Assembly (NCBI GenBank): GCA_963745235.1
Contig: CAVUXE010000090.1
Coordinates: forward strand, 1-11,486
DNA from: an uncultured Spirochaetota bacterium
Lineage (GTDB): Bacteria > Spirochaetota > Spirochaetia > SZUA-6 > Fen-1364
Direction: 5' to 3'
DNA length: 11,486 bases
In this document: positions 1-5,903 of the stretch, piece after piece
How the letters are laid out: the number at the start of each line of letters is the position of its first letter
Position numbering within the stretch: position 1 is the first letter of the stretch
Program-made: the position numbers and the translations under genes
Notes under the pieces: model-generated
The model's input: only the letters and a program-made list of their open reading frames with translations
Told to the model about the DNA's origin: nothing
Databases searched by the model: none

Positions 1-6
1 TCCCAC

Positions 7-88
7 GTAGCAGCCGACCCTCTATATTCCGCACTCTGCACTCCGCATTCCGCACTATTCAGAGCCTCCTTACGTCGGCTGCGCCACG
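7..88. repeat. GTAG-type REP-like imperfect inverted repeat pair
   Basis: GTAGCAGCCGAC at 7-18; its core GCAGCCGAC (10-18) is the reverse complement of GTCGGCTGC (74-82) within AGAGCCTCCTTACGTCGGCTGCGCCACG (61-88). Confidence 0.6.
26..56. repeat. Heptamer tandem repeat (AYTCYGC)x4
   Basis: ATTCCGC ACTCTGC ACTCCGC ATTCCGC ACT read directly at 26-56. Confidence 0.85.
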
Positions 89-250
89 CCGTTCGGCCAG
101 GCCGCCCGGCACCAGGGCCGCCTGAGCCGCGGTCGCCGCTTGGCCCTCTTGGGCTTCTCCTGCGAAGAGAACCTGCTCAACCGCCGCCATCTTCTCGGGC
201 GGCGCGTGCAGAAGCGCGACCAGCAGCTTGCCTGGAAGGCTCTCACTCAT
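59..250 (-). CDS. Possible short hypothetical protein (63 aa)
   Basis: ATG at 250 (MSESLPGKLLVALLHAPPEKMAAVEQVLF...) gives a plausible amphipathic helical N-terminus. The C-terminus (GAADVRRL) merely reads through the REP-like repeat, and there is no clear SD. Confidence 0.25.
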   Translation of the reverse strand: MSESLPGKLLVALLHAPPEKMAAVEQVLFAGEAQEGQAATAAQAALVPGGLAERRGAADVRRL

Positions 251-300
251 GCGCTCGGGGGACGCAAGCCCGCTCAGCATCACGAGACAACAACACAGCA

Positions 301-1446
301 CTAGCCGCACGAAGATGCGGATTTGCTCGGCGCCACACACTGGAGCGCCGGAGGAAAGAGCCGCTGGCCCGAGATGGGCGGCGGCCGGACCTGGGGGATG
401 CTGTCTAGTCTATGGGGGGCATGCGCGGGCCGCTCAGGGTTGGAGGCGGACCAGAAGATGAAGGTGCTCGGACCTGCCTCGTTGGGATTACTCCGTGCAA
501 GGTCGAGGAGGGAAGTCCTGATTGACGGGATGATCGGCACGGTCCGTTCCTTGTCCGTCTTGGTCCCCTTCAGCGCGTCCCATTTGTTCCAAGAATGGCG
601 GACGTAGAGGCGATCATCTCCAATGTCTCGAACTTGCAGCGCGAGTATTTCCCCCGCTCGGAGCCCCGTGCTCATTGCCAGCATGTTGGCAACTTTTGAG
701 TGCTTGTCGGGCCAAGCGAGCGCGAAGAGTTGCTCGACCTCTGAATCAGTGAGGACGCCCCGCTTCATATGCTTGCCCGAGAAGCCCATGAGTCCCTCCG
801 CTGGGTTCTTTGAGATAACATCGTTTCTTGCCGCCCAGCGGAAGGCGACTGTCCCTGCCGAAAGGACATTGTTCACAGTATTTGCCATAAGGCCCTTGTC
901 TTGCTTCAGCCACAGCGAAAAGGTGTTGATGTCAGACTTGCGGATTTCCGAAAGTGCCTTGTCTTTCCCGAAGTATGGTTTCCAGTAGTATTCAAGCCGG
1001 TTGCTTGCTTCACGGCAATGGCGGCGGCTGATTCGCTGGCCATGAGCAACTCTTTCGCGCACATACGGCGATTGTTCATAGTCCCAAAAGCGCTCAAGAA
1101 AGGTGATGAGAGGTTCCGACACAGGGCCGGCGCCGACAGTTGCGTCTCGTATCAAGTCGCGATCCTTCAAGGCCTGAACGATCCGTCCGGCGTCGTCAAG
1201 GGTGAGCGGTGCGCTTCGGATGATGGAGATTGCCAAGTCGAGATCCAGCAGCTCCCGCAGCCGCCGGGCTCCGCGGGATGGATCGGGCACGCCGTCTCGT
1301 ATCCAAGCTGCGACCTTCAGAAGGGCAGCGTTCCGGTTGGACTCTCCGGTCGAGCGTGCCGTCAGATATCGGTGCGTGTGTGGATTGTAGAATTGCACAT
1401 ACCAAATTCCGCCGCGGCGATGCAGAGAGAACTGATCCTGGCGCAT
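301..1446 (-). CDS. Tyrosine recombinase/integrase, C-terminally truncated (probably non-functional as assembled)
   Basis: ATG at 1446 preceded by GGGAGGGAG. N-terminal arm-binding-like segment (FSLHRRGGIWYVQFYN...ARSTGE), core-binding region (LSEIRKSDINTF...NTVNNVLSA), catalytic Arg motif TGLRAGEILAL and Lys hairpin KGTKTDKERTVPI. Similarity stops after FIFWSASNPERP (about 425); no HxxR, H/W or Tyr motif in any downstream minus frame. Confidence 0.85.
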   Translation of the reverse strand: MRQDQFSLHRRGGIWYVQFYNPHTHRYLTARSTGESNRNAALLKVAAWIRDGVPDPSRGARRLRELLDLDLAISIIRSAPLTLDDAGRIVQALKDRDLIRDATVGAGPVSEPLITFLERFWDYEQSPYVRERVAHGQRISRRHCREASNRLEYYWKPYFGKDKALSEIRKSDINTFSLWLKQDKGLMANTVNNVLSAGTVAFRWAARNDVISKNPAEGLMGFSGKHMKRGVLTDSEVEQLFALAWPDKHSKVANMLAMSTGLRAGEILALQVRDIGDDRLYVRHSWNKWDALKGTKTDKERTVPIIPSIRTSLLDLARSNPNEAGPSTFIFWSASNPERPAHAPHRLDSIPQVRPPPISGQRLFPPALQCVAPSKSASSCG

Positions 1447-1468
1447 CCCACTCCCTCCCGATGGATTT

Positions 1469-1488
1469 ATCTCACAATCCATCTCACA
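1469..1488. repeat. Direct repeat ATCTCACA x2, candidate integrase arm-type binding sites
   Basis: ATCTCACA at 1469-1476 and 1481-1488 (12-bp period) between the tRNA and the integrase start. Function is inferred. Confidence 0.5.
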
Positions 1489-1527
1489 GTGAGTTGAGAA
1501 CGCGCCAGTTTTCTGGTAGCGATCTGG

Positions 1528-1556
1528 CGTAACTCCTTTTATCATTTGGAGTTACG
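1528..1556. repeat. Perfect 9-bp inverted repeat with 11-bp AT-rich spacer next to tRNA 3' end
   Basis: CGTAACTCC-TTTTATCATTT-GGAGTTACG, starting 2 bp beyond the tRNA discriminator base. Confidence 0.75.
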
Positions 1557-1558
1557 TT

Positions 1559-1632
<74 letters not shown>

Positions 1633-1649
1633 CCGGGTGACGGGGAGGC

Positions 1650-1678
1650 ATTCTACAAGCGTGCATCCCGGCTGTCAA
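1650..1678 (-). promoter_or_regulatory. sigma70 promoter of tRNA-Arg
   Basis: TTGACA (1678-1673), 17 bp, TAGAAT (1655-1650), followed by a GC-rich discriminator GCCTCCC as typical of stable-RNA promoters. Confidence 0.85.
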
Positions 1679-1721
1679 CAGGAAGGCGCATCCCGCGCTC
1701 CCGCACATTCTTCGTCAGCGC

Positions 1722-2183
1722 TCATTCCTCTGCGAACTCGGGAAAACGATACAGGGCGTGAGCCCGCGCGATGTCGTAGTCGGGAATGGCATTCCCCGCC
1801 CGCACGCACTCTGACAGACCCGCTTCCGCCTGGTCGAGGGGCACGTTGAGCCCGATGGCCACCTCGGCCACGGTGAGAGTTCCCTTGTGCTCGCGCGCGA
1901 GCTTCAAGATCCGCACGGGAAGGAGCGGGTCGATGATCGTGCGCGGCGCCGGGGGCCGGCGCGTTCGACGGGCGGACAGACCAAGGCCCGCCAGCCTGCG
2001 AAGCGAGGAGCGAAGCTCCGGCCCCGCCAGGATCCATAGACCCGTACCAATCAACACCCCGCCGACAACGAAGGCTTCCAGGAAAACGGGAAAGATGGGG
2101 CTTGCGCCAACGAAGATGCCCGCCACGCCTGCCGCAAGAATCGAGTATCCAAGAATGCGTCGGGACTTCTTCACGTCTGCCAT
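1722..2183 (-). CDS. Hypothetical membrane protein: two N-terminal TM helices plus C-terminal winged-helix-like domain
   Basis: Two hydrophobic segments, a basic linker, then ILKLAREHKGTLTVAEVAIGLNVPLDQAEAGLSEC...YRFPEF with an HTH plus wing pattern. Upstream promoter present. Confidence 0.8.
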   Translation of the reverse strand: MADVKKSRRILGYSILAAGVAGIFVGASPIFPVFLEAFVVGGVLIGTGLWILAGPELRSSLRRLAGLGLSARRTRRPPAPRTIIDPLLPVRILKLAREHKGTLTVAEVAIGLNVPLDQAEAGLSECVRAGNAIPDYDIARAHALYRFPEFAEE

Positions 2184-2194
2184 CGAGCGCCCTC

Positions 2195-2223
2195 ATCATA
2201 GCCCGGCGCGCGTGCCTCGGCAA
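2195..2223 (-). promoter_or_regulatory. Putative sigma70 promoter of the 1722-2183 gene
   Basis: TTGCCG (2223-2218), 17 bp, TATGAT (2200-2195); ATG lies 11 nt downstream. Confidence 0.6.
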
Positions 2224-2270
2224 CCACGGTACGGGGGCATGCGTTCCTCGAGGCACGCCAAACGCCTTGT

Positions 2271-2299
2271 TTGCATTCCCGGGACAATCCCGCTATACT
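2271..2299 (+). promoter_or_regulatory. Putative sigma70 promoter of the GT2 gene
   Basis: TTGCAT (2271-2276), 17 bp, TATACT (2294-2299); ATG lies 9 nt downstream with no SD. Confidence 0.65.
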
Positions 2300-2308
2300 C
2301 TGCCACCA

Positions 2309-3049
2309 ATGACCATCAGCGTCGTGATACCCGCATACAACGAGGAAAACTACATAGGGCCATGCCTGAAGTCCGTCCTGCGTGAAGTGAGCTGCTACGG
2401 CGCAGCGGCGGAGGTATTGGTGATCAACAACGCGAGCACGGACAGGACCCGTGAGGTGGCCTGCAGGCATCCGGGGGTCAGAGTCGTGGATGAGCCCTGC
2501 AAGGGTCTGTCCCGCGCCCGGCATCGCGGCTACCTGGAGTCCCGCGGAGAGCTGGTTGTGAACATTGATGCGGACTGCATCATGCCTCGGGGTTACCTTG
2601 CGCGCGTGATCAGGTACTTTGCCGAGGACCGGAGGCTGGCGCTCCTCACCGGACCATTCCTGTACTATGACCTGCCGCAGGTGTCCCAGATCGTGACGAT
2701 CCTTTTCTACCTCTTCCAGTTCCTTCCCAATACCATCGGCCAGCGCATCTTGAGGATCGGCGCCGTTGCGCAGGGAGGGAACTTCACGGCGCGAAGATCG
2801 GCGCTGAAAAAGGTGGGCGGGTACGACACGTCCATCACATTCTACGGCGAAGACACCGACATCGCCATCCGCCTGTCTCACGTTGGCCTGGTGCGCTTCA
2901 GCTTCCACCTCCTCATGAAGACCTCGGGGCGCCGGCTTCGCAAGGAAGGTGTGCTGCGGGCGGGGACCCTTTACACGCTGAACATCATCTTCATGATCGT
3001 CAAGGGAAGGCCGCTGACGCGAACTCACCAGGACGTGAGGGCGGCGTGA
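2309..3049 (+). CDS. Glycosyltransferase family 2 protein
   Basis: Classic GT2 start MTISVVIPAYNEE, then INNASTDRT, GLSRARHRG, DAD (DxD) motif and GGYD...GEDTD. Start moved from the ORF-track 2102 to ATG 2309. Confidence 0.95.
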   Translation: MTISVVIPAYNEENYIGPCLKSVLREVSCYGAAAEVLVINNASTDRTREVACRHPGVRVVDEPCKGLSRARHRGYLESRGELVVNIDADCIMPRGYLARVIRYFAEDRRLALLTGPFLYYDLPQVSQIVTILFYLFQFLPNTIGQRILRIGAVAQGGNFTARRSALKKVGGYDTSITFYGEDTDIAIRLSHVGLVRFSFHLLMKTSGRRLRKEGVLRAGTLYTLNIIFMIVKGRPLTRTHQDVRAA

Positions 3050-3674
3050 GCCGCGCCTCCCGCGGGGATTCAGTCCGTTCCTTCCTCACCAGGTAGCTGG
3101 TGAACCCCATCTTCTCGAGCTTCTTCTGCATGTCCGCAAGCTCCTGGGCGGCGAGCGCGCGAACGAACACGCGCGTTACCCCGAGCTGGCTCTTCTCCGT
3201 GGTCACGGTGAATCCGCCGCCGGTCAGCAGGGCAACGGTCTTTTCGGCATTCTTCTCGTTGCCGAATGCCCCCACCTGGACGGCGAAAAGGTCGCTCTGG
3301 GAAACGAACTCCACGATCTGAAGGGACACGTGGGCCACACCGCTGTCAATCATACCCAGCTCAATGGCAGCCGCGCGGGAAAGGTCGATGATGCGCCCGT
3401 CGACGAACGGGCCCCTGTCATTGATCTTCACCAGGACGGACTTGCCGTTGTCCAGATTGGTCACCTTGACGACAGTCCCGAAGGGCAGGGTTCGATGTGC
3501 GGCGGTCAGCTGGTTCGTGTCGAACACTTCACCGCTTGAGGTCATGCGTCCGTGGAACTTGCCCCCATACCATGAGGCAAGCCCGTCTTCGGCTGTGACG
3601 AGGACAGGGGAAAGGGTCAGGAGCAGAATGAACAGTATCCCTTTCACGCATCTGATTATCGGCTTTCCACTCAT
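3000..3674 (-). CDS. rlpA: Septal ring lytic transglycosylase RlpA family protein (DPBB plus SPOR domain)
   Basis: GLASWYGGKFHGRMTSSGE, TAAHRTLPFGT, INDRGPFVDGRIIDLSRAAA, then SPOR-like VQVGAFGNEKNA. Start is ATG 3674 or GTG 3647. The true stop may be TGA at 3070-3072 if a base is missing, since the annotated tail overlaps the GT2 gene by 50 bp. Confidence 0.92.
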   Translation of the reverse strand: MSGKPIIRCVKGILFILLLTLSPVLVTAEDGLASWYGGKFHGRMTSSGEVFDTNQLTAAHRTLPFGTVVKVTNLDNGKSVLVKINDRGPFVDGRIIDLSRAAAIELGMIDSGVAHVSLQIVEFVSQSDLFAVQVGAFGNEKNAEKTVALLTGGGFTVTTEKSQLGVTRVFVRALAAQELADMQKKLEKMGFTSYLVRKERTESPREARLTPPSRPGEFASAAFP

Positions 3675-3822
3675 AAAGGCCGCACTATGGCAAAAATCTC
3701 CGCTTGGGGCAATAGGGCCAGGCAGGGGGGGCGGCGCACGATTGCCGGAGGCCCTCCGCTGGCGGTGATCCACCCTGTACGAGGCCGCACGATGGGTGTA
3801 TATGTTCGGCGGGAGGGCAATG

Positions 3823-4533
3823 ATGGCTGATCTGTCCGAGCTGAAGAAGAATCTGGGCACAGCGGCGGTCGACAGGTTCGTCCAGGACGGGATGCGACTC
3901 GGGCTGGGCACCGGCTCCACCGCCATCTGGGCGGCGCGGAGGGTGGCGCAGCGGCTGGCTGAGGGCAGCCTTCGCGGGATAACGGCCGTGACCACCAGCC
4001 TTCAGACGGAGCTGGAAGCCCGTGCCCTCGGAATCACGGTGGCAACCCTGAACAACGCGTCGCTTTCCGGCGAGCTGGACCTCACCATCGACGGGGCTGA
4101 CGAGGTCGACGGGGATTTCAATCTCATCAAGGGCGGCGGCGGGGCGCTCCTCATGGAGAAGGTGGTCGCGTACGCTTCCCGGCGGCTGATCATCATTGTG
4201 GACCACACGAAGCTCAGCGCGCGGTTGGGCGAGCATTCCCCCGTGCCGGTGGAGATCGTCGTGGATGCCCTGGAGACGGTGAAAAAGGGACTGAGCGATC
4301 TTGGGGGAAACGTGTCGCTGCGCATGGCGCAGCGCAAGGCAGGTCCTGTCATCACCGACCTGGGGAACCTCCTCCTGGATGTCACGTTCCCGAATGCCTT
4401 CGATCCGGTGGAGCGGGAGAAAGAAATCAACCTGCTCCCGGGGGTTCTGGAGAATGGCCTGTTTACCCGAAAAACTCCGGAGCTCCTCATTGGGACCGCA
4501 AGCGGCGGCCTGGAGCACCGCAGGAAGCCCTGA
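3823..4533 (+). CDS. rpiA: Ribose-5-phosphate isomerase A
   Basis: GLGTGSTA, DGADEVD, IKGGGGALLMEKVVA, GPVITDLGN and PGVLENGLF motifs. SD GGGAGG at 3811-3816; start ATG 3820 or 3823. Confidence 0.96.
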   Translation: MADLSELKKNLGTAAVDRFVQDGMRLGLGTGSTAIWAARRVAQRLAEGSLRGITAVTTSLQTELEARALGITVATLNNASLSGELDLTIDGADEVDGDFNLIKGGGGALLMEKVVAYASRRLIIIVDHTKLSARLGEHSPVPVEIVVDALETVKKGLSDLGGNVSLRMAQRKAGPVITDLGNLLLDVTFPNAFDPVEREKEINLLPGVLENGLFTRKTPELLIGTASGGLEHRRKP

Positions 4534-4563
4534 ACCGGCGCCGGCGGCTGACGAGCGCGCTCT

Positions 4564-4701
4564 CTATTCCAGGGAGACCTTCTTGCCGGTGCGGGCGTCC
4601 CGCACCGAGCATTCCTGATTTTCCCTCACGTAGGTCTTCACGTACTCGATGTCATCTGTTTCAACGAGTATCTCTCCATCCTTGTAGACGAGATAAATCA
4701 C
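4564..4701 (-). CDS. Small hypothetical protein, 45 aa (absent from the ORF track)
   Basis: GTG 4701 to TAG 4564: MIYLVYKDGEILVETDDIEYVKTYVRENQECSVRDARTGKKVSLE. SD-like AGAAGGGG upstream, mostly G/C third positions, AT-rich promoter region at 4721-4756, and it fills the gap between rpiA and the next gene. Confidence 0.75.
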   Translation of the reverse strand: MIYLVYKDGEILVETDDIEYVKTYVRENQECSVRDARTGKKVSLE

Positions 4702-4778
4702 AAAGTTTCCCCTTCTTCTCTATAATATATATCGACAGAGTCTACCATGATTGCAAGCCGGGGGAGAAGCTGCAAACC

Positions 4779-4806
4779 TTGACAGGGAGCGCCCGGCCAA
4801 TAGACT
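4779..4806 (+). promoter_or_regulatory. Putative sigma70 promoter of the 4840-5896 gene pair
   Basis: TTGACA (4779-4784), 16 bp, TAGACT (4801-4806). Confidence 0.65.
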
Positions 4807-4839
4807 TTGGGATGTCAGACGTCGTGCGGAGGTGAAAGC

Positions 4840-5118
4840 ATGGTCTTCCTGGCCTCGCAGTTTCTGTTTCTCTTGTTCGGGCTCATTGGCCTCATCGTAT
4901 GGGCATACTCGGACATGCCCCTGGCGATGCGGGAGATCGCTATCAATACGCGCAGGAATGCGGAGCAGGGCAGCTCATATATCCTCATGAAGGTGCTCTC
5001 GGTCTGCCTGAAGATCTTTGCGGCCTTGTTATGGTTCGCCGGCGTCGCTTCCATCATTGCGCTGAACTTCGCCGGCACGTCTCTGGCCGGTCTCTTCCAG
5101 GGAGTGAGCGCCCCCTGA
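4840..5118 (+). CDS. Small hypothetical membrane protein (92 aa, two TM helices)
   Basis: Strong SD GGAGGTG (4828-4834) before ATG 4840; two hydrophobic stretches flanking the loop DMPLAMREIAINTRR. Confidence 0.8.
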   Translation: MVFLASQFLFLLFGLIGLIVWAYSDMPLAMREIAINTRRNAEQGSSYILMKVLSVCLKIFAALLWFAGVASIIALNFAGTSLAGLFQGVSAP

Positions 5119-5127
5119 CGACCTGCC

Positions 5128-5896
5128 ATGCGTTTTGCCCGCTATGAAGCTGACAACCGGGAGTCCTGGGGTGTTGTCGAATCCCTGGACGGCCGGACAG
5201 GAACGGTGAAGGACATCGCCTCATCGCCATTCGATGAGGTGAAGACCACGGGAAAGGTCCACGCGCTGGACAAGGTCCGGCTGCTGGCGCCGTGCATGCC
5301 GTCAAAGATTTTCGCGCTGGCCCACAACTACGCGGACCACCTGCAGGGAAAGGCCCCGCCGGCGGAGCCACAGGTGTTTCTCAAGGTCCCCAGCTCTGTG
5401 ATCAACCCGGGGGAGACCATCCTTCTCCCCCCGGGGCAAGGCAGGGTGGACGAGGAAGCGGAGCTCGTGGTGGTCATGGGGAAGCGCTGCAAAGGTGTGA
5501 GGCGCGCGGAGGCCCTTCGATTCGTCCTGGGATACACGTGCGGAAACGACGTGAGCGCGCGGACATGGCAGAAGAACGATCTGAACTGGTGGCGCGCAAA
5601 GTCCTCTGACACGTTCTCTCCATTCGGTCCGTTCATTGTCACTGACCTGGATGCCGGCGCCGCTCGCATCACCGGGCAGGATCAACGGCCGCGAGGTGCA
5701 GCGCTGCACATCGTCCCATCTGATCTTCGACGTCCCCGCGCTGATCGAGTGGATCTCCCGCTCCGTGACCCTGGAACCGGGGGATCTCATCTATACCGGC
5801 ACCTCGGGCCAGCCGGCGGAGCTTCACGCGGGAGACACGGTGGAAGTGGAGATCGAAGGCATCGGCGTCCTTTCCAATCCCGTTGGATCGGATTGA
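5128..5896 (+). CDS. Fumarylacetoacetate hydrolase (FAH) family protein; one apparent +1 indel at about 5675
   Basis: NYADH, FLKVPSS, DEEAELVVVMGK, GYTCGNDVSAR and KSSDTFSPFGP, continuing in the next frame as RINGREVQ...TLEPGDLIYTGT...GDTVEVEIEGIGVLSNPV. Removing one G from ACCGGGCAGG joins them into 255 aa. Confidence 0.92.
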
Positions 5897-5903
5897 CAGC
5901 CGA

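Larger units (their letters stand above)
420..1558 (-). mobile_element. Left end (att-proximal remnant) of a tRNA-targeting integrative element
   Basis: Integrase lies directly downstream of the tRNA-Arg 3' end, with a palindrome and direct repeats in between. The region looks more AT-rich than the flanking housekeeping genes. No second att copy found in the window. Confidence 0.6.

Noticed and set aside
26-56. CRISPR array
   Set aside because: The repeats are contiguous 7-mers with no spacers, and there are no cas genes.
360-425. attR copy of the tRNA 3' end or IS terminal repeat at the integrase break
   Set aside because: No match to GAGTCATCTCTGGGGCA is visible; only a GC-rich hairpin (about 360-385) and CTAG are present, which is not enough to call an IS end.
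1447-1545. Longer integrase N-terminus from ATG 1545
   Set aside because: The extension overlaps the palindrome and direct repeats; ATG 1446 has an SD and starts the recognisable domain.
2171-3028. Long antisense ORFs (also 3685-4518, 5883-6626, 7205-7897, 7957-8532, 8649-9215)
   Set aside because: Shadow frames of well-supported genes in GC-rich DNA, with no recognisable motifs.
3050-3069. Bidirectional terminator between GT2 and rlpA
   Set aside because: Only a 5-bp stem (CCGCG/CGCGG) with no U-tract on either strand.
3675-3995. Long N-terminal extension of RlpA given by the ORF track
   Set aside because: It overlaps rpiA on the opposite strand, and the signal peptide begins near 3674/3647.
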